Assembly (NCBI RefSeq): GCF_003918875.1
Contig: NW_025764955.1
Location: forward strand, 124,001 to 188,000
Direction: 5' to 3'
From: Haliotis rubra
Taxonomy: Eukaryota
DNA length: 64,000 nt
Positions 11,601 through 26,600 of the stretch are shown here, in pieces. Both the position numbers and the translations under genes were made by a program. The stretch's first letter is position 1; every line of letters begins with the position of its first letter. A model generated the notes under the pieces. That model worked only from the letters and a program-made list of their open reading frames with translations, was not told the origin of the DNA and did not search any database.

Positions 11601-14600
11601 ACACCCCTGAAGATCCAGGTCAGACCTAGCTTTGTTGTATTTGACCACATTAACTACCTTGTAGACCCCTGAAGATCCAGGTCAGACGTAGCTTCATGGT
11701 ATTTGCCCATATTAACTACCTTGTAGACCCTTGAAGATCCAGGTCAGACCTAGCTTTGTTGTATTTGACCACATTAACTACCTGTAGACCCCTGAAGATC
11801 CAGGTCAGACCTAGCTTTGAGGTATTTGACCTCATTAACTACCTTGTAGACCCCTGAAGATCCAGGTAAGACCTAGCTTTATGGTATTTGCCCACATTAA
11901 CTACCTTGTAGACCCCTGAAGATCGAGGTCAGGCCTAGCTTTATGGTATTTGCCCACATTAACTACCTTGTAACCCCTGAAGATCGAGGTCATACCTAGC
12001 TTCGTGGTATTTGCCCACATTAACTACCTTTTAGACCCCTGAAGATCCAGGTCAGACCTTGCTTTATGGCATTTGAACACATTAACTACCTTGTAGACCC
12101 CTGAAGATCCAGGTCAGACGTAGCTTTGTGGTTTTTCTCTCACATTAACTACCTTGTAGACACCTGAAGATCCAGGTCAGACCTAGCTTTGTGGTATTTG
12201 ACCACATTAACTACCTTGTAGACCCCTGAAGATGCAGGTCAGACCTAGCTTTGTGGTATTTGCCCACATTAACTACCTTGTAGACCTCTGAAGATTGAGG
12301 TCAGACCTAGCTTCATGGTATTTGCCAACATTAATTACCTTGTAGATCCCTGAAGATCAAGGTCAGACCTAGTTTCATGGTATTTGACCACATTAACTAC
12401 CTTGTGGACACCTGAAGATCAAGGTCAGACCTAGCTTCATGGTATTTGCCCACATTAACTACCTTGTAGACCCCTGAAGATCAAGGTGAGACCTAGCTTT
12501 GTTGTATTTGCCCACATTAACTACCTTGTAAACCCCTGAAGATCAAGGTCAGACCTAGCTTTATGGTATTTGCCAACATTAACTACCATGTAGACCCCTG
12601 AAGATCAAGGTCAGACCTAGGTTTGAGGTATTTGCCCACATTAACTACCATGTAGACCCCTGAAGATCCAGGTCAGACCTAGCTTCATGGTATTTGCCCA
12701 CATTAACTACCTTGTAGACCCCTGAAGATCGAGGTCAGACCTAGCTTTGTTGTATTTGCCCACATTCACTACCTTATAGACACCTGAAGATCCAGGTCAG
12801 ACCTAGCTTTATGGTATTTGACCACATTAACTACCTTGTAGACACCTGAGGATCCAGGTCAGACCTAGCTTTATGGTATTTGCCCACATTAACTACCTTG
12901 TACACCCCTGAAGATCCAGGTCAGACCTAGCTTTGTTGTATTTGACCACATTAACTACCTTGTAGACCCCTGAAGATCCAGGTCAGACGTAGCTTCATGG
13001 TATTTGCCCACATTAACTACCTTGTAGACCCTTGAAGATCCAGGTCAGACCTAGCTTTGTTGTATTTGACCACATTAACTACCTTGTAGACCCCTGAAGA
13101 TCCAGGTCAGACCTAGCTTTGAGGTATTTGACCACATTAAACCTACAGACCTGTAGATCAAGGTCCCTGAAGATCCAGGTCAGACCCCTAGCTTTTATGG
13201 TATTTGCCCACATTAACTACCTTGTAGACCCCTGAAGATCGAGGTCAGACCCTAGCTTTTATGGTATTTGCCCACATTAACTACCTTGTAGACCCCTGAA
13301 GATCGAGGTCAGACCTAGCTTTGTGGTATTTGCCCACATTAACTACCTTGTAGACCCTGAAGATCCTGAAGATCCAGGTCAGACCTAGCTTTATGGTATT
13401 TGCCCACATTAACTACCTTGTAGACCCCTGAAGATCCAGGTCAGACCTAGCTTTGGTATGGTATTTGCCCACATTAACTACCTTGCAGAGACCCTGAAGA
13501 TCCAGGTCAGACCTAGCTTTGTTGTATTTGCCCACATTAACTACCTTGTAGACCCTGAAGATCCAGGTCAGACCTAGCTTCATGGTATTTGCACCACATT
13601 AACTACCTTGCTTGTAGCCCACATTAACCCTGAAGATCCAGGTCAGACCTAGCTTTGTGAAGATCGAGGTCATAGACCTAGCTTCCATGTGGTATTTGAC
13701 CACATTAACTACCTTGTAGACTTGAAGATCCAGGTCAGACCCCTTCATGGTAGCCCACATTCCAGGTCAGAGGTCAGACCTAGCTTTGTGGTATTTGCCC
13801 ACATTAACTACCTTGTAGACCCCTGAAGATCCAGGTCAGACCTAGCTTTGAGGGTATTTGCCCACATTAACTACCTTGTAGACCCCTGAAGATCCAGGTC
13901 AGACCTAGCTTTTGAGGTATTTGCCCACATTAACTACCTTGTAGACCCCTGAAGATCCAGGTCAGACCTAGCTTTGTGGTATTTGATCCAGGTCATTAAC
14001 TACCTTGTAGACCCCTGAAGATCAAGGTCAGACCTAGCTTTATGGTATTTGACCACATTAACTACCTTGTAGACCCTGAAGATCCAGGTCAGACCTAGCT
14101 TCACGGTATTTGCCCACATTAACTACCTTGTAGACCCCTGAAGATCCAGGTCAGACCTAGCTTTATGGTATTTGCCCACATTAACTACCTTGTAGACCCC
14201 TGAAGATCCAGGTCAGACCTAGCTTTATGGTATTTGCCCACATTAACTACCTTGTAGACCCCTGAAGATCGAGGTCAGACCTAGCTTCGTGGTATTTGCC
14301 CACATTAACTACCTTGTAGACCCCTGAAGATCCAGGTCAGACCTAGCTTTATGGCATTTGCCCATATTAACTACCTTGTAGACCCCTGAAGATCCAGGTC
14401 AGACCTAGCTTTATGGTATTTGCCCACATTAACTACCTTGCAGACCCCTGAAGATCAAGGTCAGACCTAGCTTTGTTGTATTTGACCACATTAACTACAT
14501 TGTAGACCCTCAAGATCCAGGTCAGACCTAGCTTCATGGTATTTGCCCACATTAACTACCTTGCAGAGCCCTGAAGATTGAGGTCAGACCTAGCTTTGTT

Positions 14601-17600
14601 GTATTTGACCACATAAATTAACTTGTATACCCCTGAAGAGCCAGGTCAGGCCTAGCTTCATGGTATTTGCCCACATAAACTACCTTGTAGACCCTTGAAG
14701 ATCCAGGTCAGACCTAGCTTTGTTGTATTTGACCACATTAACTACCATGTAGACCCCTGAAGATCCAGGTCAGACCTAGCTTTGAGGTATTTGCCCACAT
14801 TAACTACCTTGTAGACCCCTGAAGATCCAGGTCAGACCTAGCTTTATGGTATTTGCCCACATTAACTACCTTGTAGACCCTTGAAGATCGAGGTCAGTTC
14901 TAGCTTTATGGTGTTTGCCCACATTAACTACCTTGTAACCCCTAAAGATCGAGGTCAGACCTAGCTTCGTGGTATTTGCCCACATTAACTACCTTGTAGA
15001 CCCCGGAAGATCAAGGTCAGACCTAGCTTTGAGGTATTTGCCCACATTAACTACCTTGTAGACCTCTGAAGATCGAGATCAGACCTAGCTTTATGGTATT
15101 TGCCAACATTAACTACCTTGTAGACCCCTGAAAATCCAGGTCAAGCCTAGTTTCATGGTATTTGACCTCATTAATTACCTTGTAGACCCCTGAAGATTGA
15201 CGTCAGACCTAGCTTTATGGTATTTGCCCACATTAACTACCTTGTAGACCCCTGAAGATCCAGGTCAGACCTAGCTTTGTGGTATTTGCCCACATTAACT
15301 ACCTTGTAGACCCCTGAAGATCCAGGTCAGGCCTAGTTTCGTGGTATTTGACCACATAAACTACCTTGCAGACCCCTGAGGATCCAGGTCAGACCTAGCT
15401 TTGTTGTATTTGACCACATTAACTACATTGTAGACCGTGAAGATCCAGGTCAGACCTAGCTTTATGGTATTTGCCCACATTAACTACCTTGTACACCCCT
15501 GAAGATCCAGGTCAGACCTAGCATCATGGTATTTGCCCACATTAACTACCTTGTAGACCCCTGAAGATCCAGGTCAGACCTTGCTTTGTTGTATTTGCCC
15601 ACATTAACTACCATGTAGACCCCTGAAGGTCCAGGTCAGACCTAGCTTCATGGTATTTGACCACATTAAGTACCTTGTAGACTCCTGAAGATCCAGGTCA
15701 GACCTAGCTTCATGGTATTTGCCCACATTAACTACCTTGTAGACCCCTGAAGATCAAGGTCAGACCTAGCTTTGAGGTATTTGCCCACATTACCTACCCT
15801 GTAGACCCCTGAAGATCCAGGTCAGACCTAGCTTTGAGGTATTTGCCCACATTAACTACCATGTAGACCCCTGAAGATCCAGGTCAGACCTAGCTTTGTG
15901 GTATTTGCCCACATTAACTACCTTGTAGACCCCTGAAGATCAAGGTCAGACCTAGCTTTGTGGTATTTGACCACATTAAGTACCTTGTAGACCCCTGAAG
16001 ATCCAGGTCAGACCTAGCTTCACGGTATTTGCCCACATTAACTACCTTGTAGACCCCTGAAGATCCAGGTCAGACCTAGCTTTATGGTATTTCCCACATT
16101 AACTATCTTGTAGACCCCTGAAGATCCAGGTCAGACCTACCTTCGTGGTATTTGACCACATTAACTACCTTGTAGACCCCTGAAGATCCAGGTCAGACCT
16201 TGCTTTGTTGTATTTGCCCACATTAACTACCTTGTAGACCCCTGAAGATCCAGGTCAGACCTAGCTTTGAGGTATTTGCCCACATTAACTACCTTGTAGA
16301 CCCCTGAAGATCCAGGTCAGACATAGCTTTGTGGTATTTGCCAACATTAACTACCTTGTAGACCCCTGAAGATCAAGGTCAGACCTAGCTTTATGGTATT
16401 TGACCACATTAAGTACCTTGTAGACCCCTGAAGATCCAGGTCAGACCTAGCTTCATGGTATTTGCCCACATTAACTACCTTGTAGACCCCTGAAGATCCA
16501 GGTCAGACCTAGCTTTATGGTATTTGCCCACATTAACTACCTTGTAGACCCCTGAAGATCCAGGTCAGACCTAGCTTTATGGTATTTGACCACATTAACT
16601 ACCTTGTAGACCCCTGAAGATCCAGGTCAGACCTAGCTTTGTGGTATTTGACCACATTAACTACCTTGTAGACTCCTGAAGATCCAGGTCAGACCTAGCT
16701 TCATGGTATTTGCCCACATTAACTACCTTGTAGACCCCTGAAGATCCAGGTCAGACCTAGCTTTGAGGTATTTGCCCACATTACCTACCCTGTAGACCCC
16801 TGAAGATCGAGGTCAGACCTAGCTTTGTGGTATTGGACCACATTAACTACCTTGTAGACCCCTGAAGATCGACGTCAGACCTAGTTTTGAGGTATTTGCC
16901 CACATTAACTACCTTGTAGACCCCTGAAGATCCAGGTCAGACCTAGCTTTGAGGTATTTGCCCACATTAACTACCATGTAGACCCCTGAAGATCCAGGTC
17001 AGACCTAGCTTTGTGGTATTTGCCCATATTAACTACCTTGTAGACCCCTGAAGATCAAGGTCAGACCTAGCTTTGTGGTATTTGACCACATTAAGTACCT
17101 TGTAGACCCCTGAAGATCCAGGTCAGACCTAGCTTCATGGTATTTGCCCACATTAACTACCTTGTAGACCCCTGAAGATCCAGGTCAGACCTAGCTTTAT
17201 GGTATTTCCCACATTAACTATCTTGTAGACCCCTGAAGATCCAGGTCAGACCTACCTTCGTGGTATTTGACCACATTAACTACCTTGTAGACCCCTGAAG
17301 ATCCAGGTCAGACCTTGCTTTGTTGTATTTGCCCACATTAACTACCTTGTAGACCCCTGAAGATCCAGGTCAGACCTAGCTTTGAGGTATTTGCCCACAT
17401 TAACTACCTTGTAGACCCCTGAAGATCCAGGTCAGACCTAGCTTTGTGGTATTTGCCAACATTAACTACCTTGTAGACCCCTGAAGATCAAGGTCAGACC
17501 TAGCTTTATGGTATTTGACCACATTAAGTACCTTGTAGACCCCTGAAGATCCAGGTCAGACCTAGCTTCATGGTATTTGCCCACATTAACTACCTTGTAG

Positions 17601-20600
17601 ACCCCTGAAGATCCAGGTCAGACCTAGCTTTATGGTATTTGCCCACATTAACTATCTTGTAGACCCCTGAAGATCCAGGTCAGACCTTGCTTTGTTGTAT
17701 TTGCCCACATTAACTACCTTGTAGACCCTTGAAGGTCCAGGTCAGACATAGCTTTGTTGTATTTGACTACATTAACTACCTTGTACAACCCCTGAAGATC
17801 CAGGTCAGACTTAGCTTCATGGTATTTGACCACATTAACTACCTTGTAGACCCCTGAAGATCCAGGTCAGACCTTGCTTTGTTGTATTTGCCCACATTAA
17901 CTACCTTGTAGACCCTTGAAGATCCAGGTCAGACATAGCTTTGTTGTATTTGACTACATTAACTACCTTGTAGACCCCTGAAGATCCAGGTCAGACTTAG
18001 CTTCATGGTATTTGACCACATTAACTACCTTGTAGACCCCTGGAGATCCAGGTCAGAAGTGGTCTCCAGCAACTCATGTTTGTCGTAAGAGGCGACTGAC
18101 GGTATCGGATGGACAGGCTTGCTGTCTTGTTTGACACATGTCATCGTATCCAAATTTTGTAAATTGATGCTCATGATGTAAATCACTGGATTGTCTAGTC
18201 CAGACTCCATTACTTACAGACCACCGTGATATAGTCGTGATATTGCTGAGAGCGGCGTTAAACAACAAAACAATAACTACCTTGTACTAACCATTTTCAA
18301 TTTAATTCATTTCTCCAAATGTGAAGTTTCTCTCTTTGTTCAGTATACAATCCTCAGATAAACCCTTTCATAATAAATGTTCAGATAATAATGATCGTAA
18401 AAGCCGAGTGAAATGAGACTCATTTGGTCGCAATGTGTCACCTACCTGATAGTGAATACACATTTTCGAAAACACACTTTCAAAACAAATATGTTTTCCT
18501 ATTTTGCAGACTTCAGTAACCCCAAAGGTTGGAATTTGAAAACAATGTGAGTATCTTTACAACCTGTTACGGACATGTAGTTATGGTTTTGTGTTCCACT
18601 GGCGGTGGTCAACGTAGCAATCACGTGATACCATCACAGAGTTCTTCCTGGTGCTTTTGTCATGAAATGGTTATGTTTACATAAAAAAAACTATAGAAGT
18701 GAATGACCCTAAGCACTGAACTGAGTGAGTTGATGATAAATAGCAGGTAATATAAGCGGGCACTATTTTCATATCACCGAACGGATCGTTTAGATTAACG
18801 TAAATCCTTCTGAATGGCACTAATCGATATACGATCGATATAATGTTTCTTTACATCAGTTTGGAATAGACAAATGTTTGTTTTGACTGAAATGGTGATG
18901 GGGGTGGAGGAGTGTGTGAGGTGGGCATATGTGTCAGTGCGGATGTCCGTTCTCCCAACTCCCAAACCGTTGATTATCTCTAAATGATACACGTCATATA
19001 GGTACGCTTAGTAATAAACAGGCGCCTTTGGATGATTTGAGATTTGTTGAACGTGAACATGCATTTGGCATGCTCCAGGCTGGCCAGTCTACTGTGGCTG
19101 TTGTACGTTCCATGAGATGTAGTAGACGGACAATTCAAAACCTGAGGACACGTGTGCATCGAACGAGTACGACATCTGATCGCCCCAGGTCAGAACGGCC
19201 ACGTGTGACATCACATGCATGTAGATGACAATCAAATTCTGTTTCGTTATTTGCGTGATCGTTTCATGACCGCCAGGAATTGGCTGTTTAGGGGTCGTTT
19301 AACTGCCCAGACCACACGAAACCGCATGCGCGCTGTTTATATACGTGTCCGACGTCCTTATATTTGGCTGATGACATAAGTAACATCTACGCTGGGCACA
19401 ACTGCACCTGCGGTGGCACCAAAGAGAACAGAATAGGGTTGCGTTTAGAGGCGAATCTCGTTTTACACTGCGATTTGCCGACGGAAGTGTGCTAGTGAGG
19501 CGTCGGTGCGGTGAACGTCACGTCACGCCCAGTGCTGCGAACAGGAAGTTGACCGATTACGTGGTGGTATCGTAATGGTATGGAGAGCTTTCTGCGGGAA
19601 CGTGCCCTCACGTCTTCTCGTAATTGGTGGGAACGTCAATGCAGCGGGATATCGTGACCATTTCCTTGACCTGGAGCTGGTTCGTGGCTGCTCATGGTCC
19701 AGACCTCCAATTCCAACATGACAAGGCCACACCACACACAGCTGTTTTGACACATATCCTGCGCGGGTATTGACGTCATGGAATGGCCATCGAGATCACC
19801 TGACCGCAACCCCATCCAACACGTAAGGGGTGTTCTTGAAGGAAACATCTTCATGCCTTGAGACGTCAGCCCAAGAATGCTGTTGAGCATGAGTCTGTTC
19901 ATTTGTTTTATTTTTTTTCTTGTGTTGATGTTTTAGGATCTTGTATGTGTTATGGGTCATCAAACAATTGTATTTCGTCCACTTGTGTATAGCACCTGTC
20001 TCTTTATACACCCGCATCATGGTGATCGTACCATCGTGTTTGATCCTGCTCCTTGTCACTGGGTGACATTTGCTGGAGACTTCTTCTGATTCTTTAGACG
20101 TCTTTACAGGTTTTTATTACTCTCCTTGCAGATTCCTGTTTCGGACTAGTACTAAAGGATCTATTGACCTGGTCCGTGTCCATCCTGAAGACGAGGACGA
20201 GCTGGTGGTCATCAAGAAAGCTGTCACCAGTCTTTTCTCTGTTACTGTCAGGGTATACATTGTGATACTATATGTAAAACTTCAATGTCAGAGAAAAAGC
20301 ATCCACGATTTTCTGCCCAAACTGATGCCATTTGGTGTGAAAGGCCAAATTGACATGAAAATCACATAAATGCTATGAAAACATATATAATATTATAAAC
20401 TCTTGCCTGAGCTTAGCTACAAAATTGTACATTGTACAAAATCAAATTCTTAGATTTAACATGTTGACACACTGGCTACTTTGCTGGGCATACTTTATGC
20501 TCCATGTTTTTTCTCAATAATAAAAGTATGAGTTTGTTCTGATATACGTTTGCGGTGATTAATGTTAACTTAATCCCATCGTGAAGCGGCGTAGTTCTAC

Positions 20601-23600
20601 ATACATTATATACATTTTGTGTCATTGTTGTCAAGGAATCAGGAGAAAGGACGGACTCCTATGAGACAACAGATCTAGATCACCTAGGTGAGTTATCCCT
20701 TGTAGTGAGTGGGTCAGTATGGTTTTACGCTGCTTTTAGCATTATTCCAGCAACACCACGGCGGGGGACACCAGAAATGGGCTTCACATATGTGTGTAAT
20801 TGAACTCTCGTCATCGACGTGACGAGCGAACGCTTTAACCACTAGGCTACCCCACCGCCGCTACTCCATGTAGAAAACAGCCGCGTGATGAACTGCATCG
20901 CTAGTTGAGGACGGTATCATAGAGCAGGAGTCAAACGGTACAAGTATGACGTGCATACGTTCAGTACAGATACAGGGACGCTTGGGCGTAATAGCTAAAG
21001 CTGAAGAACCTGGTAGTTAAAGCTGAAGACCATAATGGTCCATAAGGGTGCAGTGTGTCAAACCTTTTCCCGGTATCCCTCGCTGTGTAAAATCGGCGTA
21101 AAATCATGCTCTCTGGCACAGCTGACATGCATTTTACATGGCTTAATTGAAAACTAAAAGGTAGTTCAATTATAACACATGCTTTGGTTTACTATTCCAG
21201 GAAATCTAACGCACAAGTACAACGTGGTTACGACGCCGTCCGGAAGAACACTGACTCGTTCCCACTTCAGTCATGAGAGGGCAGAGAGAACTCACCACAA
21301 GGTAAGACCACTCTGTGATTCACACTATTGTCAACAAGAAAACAACCTTGTCACTTTCCCCGCCCGCGGGGCACATTAGAATTGTGACTGTCCATATAGT
21401 AATGAATAATATGAAAGTATACATATATGTAAACTATTAACACACATATAAAGCTTTAAGAACAGATAGACACTACGATCCCTTTATGCCATCAGATGAA
21501 ACAAGTACATAGGAAATAGATACAGGCAAAAGGCCTTGAGGAAATATTAATTTATAGCGCCGACTTTTCAAGGCAGTCTTGAATAACGTTCTTGAATATG
21601 TGTCCTCTTTAAAAACTATGCACTCAGACAAAAAGACAAATAAATGGGCCATAAGACTAATTTCAGAAAAGACAGGTAGCAAGGGAAGTAACTCCGGGCA
21701 ATATTAAGAGCTGATAATTACCTGTTTCATATGCATGCAACTTCATGTAACTTCAAAGGCTTCATGCGGTTTGCATCATCATGAAAAACATGCAGCAAGG
21801 GCCATTTAATTCTGTATAAACTAATTTAAGACACCATTTTTTCAAACGCGTTTGCAGTGGGCTAAAAAGCATAGAGCAAGGGGCATGACTCTGTAAAACA
21901 TCAATTTAAGACACATACTTTCAAACTCATATTAGAGCATGACCAGTTACATCAAAGTCTCCAACTTAAATAGCTTTTGAGAAATTTGTTTGGAATTATG
22001 ACCCCTTTGAGAAGCAACGAAGGACGGAAGAATACGTTCCAATATCCCCCGGCACCCTTTGTTGGTGATGTTTGTTGGGTGGTGGCGGTTTGGTTGAAAA
22101 ATATATCGTCAATTCACTTCAGACTGAATCTGTATTTTGTGCCATACGAAACGACCTGGAAACTGGTATGTGAAGAAAAATATAGTCACGCGATTGGCCC
22201 TTTGCCTTAGTCAAATAACAATTTTTTAACTAGCCTTACTTAATGGTGATGTGCATATTACCTTGTCATCCGATACAAAGATATGAAACGTAATTGATAA
22301 GTATCCTATCATGAAACCAATGACTCGATCTCGTTCGGCGAGAGGAAGCACGCCCCCAATACAATCATGTGACAACGAGAACACGTCACTTTATCACCTA
22401 CACTTTGGACGTGAATCGTGGGAAACTAACTAATTTTGCTTATTTTACTGTATCTTTGGTTTTTGCTATGGTATGGTTTTCCTATTGTGTCATCCAACTA
22501 TTATCTAACAATTCTACAAACAGTTGGCTGTTTTCTCTTGCTGTACAGTTTTGGTTGGTTGTTTTTCTCGCCTCGTGTCATTATTCACTTTCGGTACTGC
22601 CTTGGTTAGTCTGGACTTTGTGTTTGTGTCTGACCATTTCTGGTGCCCTTTTCTCTCCTTTCTCCACCATTGCATGACGCTCGGTGCTGCACTCCCAGAC
22701 GCTCGCCTCAACACTGCAATAGGCATACAGCACCAATATACAATTCTGAATGTGAAGGTGTTACTATAGACACTGATTTACACAGGACTTTGAAGCCTCG
22801 GCCTCTCAGTTCTCGCCTCGGCCACGGAGGCCATGTCACAGGATCTAACTGTGGACAATACTTCACTCTTGGATCACCTAGCCACCATGTTCCTCTGGCA
22901 TGTGCCAATTCCGACGTGGTAGGTCACATCCGTTTAGTGCTTGCCACCACCACTGTGATTCGGAGGACTGGGCTGCTTACTCCTTACTGGCAGGAGGAAT
23001 TGATGAAGAGACTTTGTTTGTAGACAAGATCGGAGCATAACGCAAACGTGCTCAGGTCTTTTCATCACTTCGCCAACCTGTCATCAACGACTTCCAGAAC
23101 CTTCAACCTCTACCAGTCAAGGAGGAATGTGGTCCGTGGAGCCCCGAAACCCTGCGACAGATAACGTTTCAATGACTTTTAACGTCGTCCCGTTTGGAAG
23201 CCTAAATACAAATGACGCTGATATGCAGGACATTCCCGCCCCAGTCGTCCATATCCACGATATATCCGTAGGCGGGAGACACAGGGTCTTCTGGTCCATC
23301 TGGACATTCCTGGAAGACCCTTTTGTAACCAATATCCTCAAGACGGGCTACCAGTTGCCAATAGCCAAGTCACCGCCTCTGACCAACCTGCCCTGGTCAC
23401 AAGAGTGCTATAGAGAAACTGTTAGAGCCCAGACACTCCCCAGGGTTCTGCTCTCCATCTTCTTTGTCCCCAAGAAGAACTCAGACAAGATGCGGATGAT
23501 ACAGAACTAGGCGGTTTTCAACAAGCTGTATCTTTGGGTGACGCCACATTTCCACAATTCCAAGCTGTCCCCACAGGATTGGCTGGTCACTTACCCATCG

Positions 23601-26600
23601 ACGAACCTCACCGGAGGTTCATCTGGTTCACTTTCGACGACCAACATTACCAATAGAAAGTCCTTACATTTCTACGGCCCCGTGGCTTTTCACTCGGATC
23701 ACAGCACCAATCAGTTGGGTTTTTGTAAAGTATTTTTATTCACTTTACTTGGTTACATTTGAACAAGATATGTGGGTAGAGTAGAATGGTACAGGTTGCA
23801 TAATAAAAAGCAGACAGTGTATAACATATGGTACTGGGAATATAGATTAACAATTGAGATGCTAGCTAATATTACAGAGAATTAAAAGACTAAAACATAA
23901 ACCATAGGACTGCATCTAGGACATTTTCTGTAAAAATGTTTCATATTATCGTTTTTCTTCTCGATAAATTTCTCTATCTCGTAGACATCTTTTAATAATG
24001 TTCTGTAGATGGTGAAGCTAGGTTTGTGTCCTTTTATATTCATTACGAAAATATGGCGCTTTGCCAATAGTATCATGTGGTTGAGTAAGTGGTTACTACT
24101 GCAACAAAATAGAATATCATGGTTTGACATTTCATACGTTTTACCAAGGACTTGAGTTATAAAATTTTTAAATTCTGACCAGAACATTTTGATGGTTGGA
24201 CAATCAAGGTATACATGGTAAATATCCTCACTTACTGAACCACATAATGTACATAGGTCATTATCTATCAATTTCATTTTTAGTAATTCTCGTTTAGTGT
24301 AAATGACTCTATGCAAAAACTTATATTGAAAATCTAAGAGTTTCGTGTCTTTAGTGCATTGTCTATATTGTGAAAATATGGTTTTCCAATTTAACAACTC
24401 ATTTAGTTCCCCGTTCCATTTGAGACACACATTCGGAATGTTATAATCAGATATAAAATTATCATAGAATATCCTTGAACCTTTACTAGGTTTAATCAAA
24501 TCGTTCCAAGGAGAACACATAGATAACGACGGTATATTCAAATTGTTATTTGTTCGTATAACGTCTTTCCACTGTTTGGGTATACTAAGGAGAACACGAT
24601 TAAAGTCAAGTACAGTACCTTTAATACCAACTTTTGCCTTAAGTTCTGCGAATGTTAGAAATGCGTGGTCGTTACAAATATCTTTAACATAAACTATTCC
24701 ACATTTAATCCAGTTATGAATGATCAAACTTGGCTGGTTACACTGGTGATTTAACCATAGTGGCTGCATGAGTATTTCATTAATGTCGTTATTGTTACAT
24801 ACCGATCTTTTAACATATCTATGCCAAGCATCAAGGGAATCTTTCCAAAATGGATTTTTAATATTATAATGTTTAGGGATGTTGGCTCCTAAGAAAAGAA
24901 GGTTTTGTAGAGGGAAACCGGCGAGAGCATAGTTCTTAGGTTTTGAAATATATCTCTTCAAACATGAACGTTTTAAAGAGTCGATAAAGGTTTTCACGTC
25001 GACCATTCTTAGACCACCTTCTTCGTACCTTCGTACTAAATTAATTCGTTTTATTTTATCAATTTTATCATTCCATATAAATTTGAAGAATAATCTGTTC
25101 AAATCAGTAATAAATGTTTTTGGGGGATTAGGGAGAGAAGAGAAGATGTGGACAATCGTGGATAAAGCTAAACTTTTAACGACGGTTATTTTCCCTATCA
25201 ACGTTAAATTGCGTCTTTTCCAATTCAGTAGAATTCTTTTTATATTTTCGAGTCTCTTCTTTGTATTAATTACCGATAAGTTTTCTAAATGAGCATTTAA
25301 TCTGATTCCCAATACTTCGAAATTCGAAAGTCCTGGGATAGGACTATTTTACTACCTGCCATTGAGCCTAGCCATACTACTTTTGTTTTATCAATATTTA
25401 TTTTCAAACCTGACATCTTGTAAAAGGAAAGCAAAGCTTTCATAGCTTCATTAAGAGAGGATTCGGAACCGTCCAAAAATAATTCAGTGTCATCTGCATA
25501 TTGACCAATAACATGTTCGATGTCGTTGAAAACAATTCCTTTTATTCTGTGGTTGTCTCTGATCATTATTCCTAGTATTTCTGCTACCAATAAGAATAAA
25601 TATGGAGATATGGGATCACCCTGTCTGCATCCCCTTTCATTATCGAAAAACGTGGACAAGTGACCATTCTGTATCATACACGAGGATGCATTAGAAATCA
25701 ATATGTTAACCCATCTTTGAATGTTACTTCCAAAACCAAACTTGTCTAGGACCATCTTAATGAATAATTTTGACATGGTGTCGAAAGCTTTTTCAAAGTC
25801 AATTAAGATTAGTAAACCTTTTATGTTTTGCCTTTTAGTTTCAAACATAATGTCATAAAGAAGTCTAATGTTTTCCGTAATGTATCTTCCTGGAATGAAT
25901 CCTGTTTGATTTTCGTTTATAAGAAAATTCAAATTTTTTTTAATCCTGTTTGTTATACAAGTACTTATAACTTTATACAATGCGTTTAGGAGAGAGATAG
26001 GTCGCCAATTCTTTAGGTATCTTCTATCCTTACATGGCTTAGGGATACATGTAATTACTCCTCTATTCATTGTCGTAGTCATAGGATTCTGGTTGAAACT
26101 TACTTTAATATATCGGTGAATCCAAATTTTCAGATATTTCCTGAACATTTTTAAGAATTCGATAGGGAAGCCATCTAAACCTGGACTTTTGTTATTTTTC
26201 ATTGATTTAACAGCATGCGAAAGTTCTTCAACACTAATATCGCGCTCTTGTTCATTTGACTGTTCCTTATTTAAAGAAGGAGTAGCAATATGTTCGAATA
26301 CAGCTTTAATGTCTTCATCTATGTCGCAATTTGATTTATACAGGTTTTCATAGAATCGCTTTTGTTCCACTATTATTTCTCGTCCATCTGCTATTTCTTC
26401 ACCATTATCACGAATAAGGGAGTTAATAAGTTTGTTTGTATAGTTTCTATTTTCTAAATGGCAAAAATAATTTGTAGGTTTATCCCCTTCTTCATACCAC
26501 TGGATTCTATTTCTAACTTGGATTCCTTTTATTTCTTCTTCTTTTATTTTTTCCAATTCATTTTTACTTTTAGATAAATCAACAAGAAGTGTTTCATTGA

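Noticed and set aside
13130-14000. Scrambled, indel-rich monomers inside the satellite as a biological rearrangement
   Set aside because: Abrupt jumbled fragments between clean monomers look like consensus or polishing artefacts; not interpretable without reads.
10748-18057. CRISPR-like appearance of the regular repeat array
   Set aside because: No unique spacers, no cas genes, eukaryotic intronic context; it is a plain tandem satellite.
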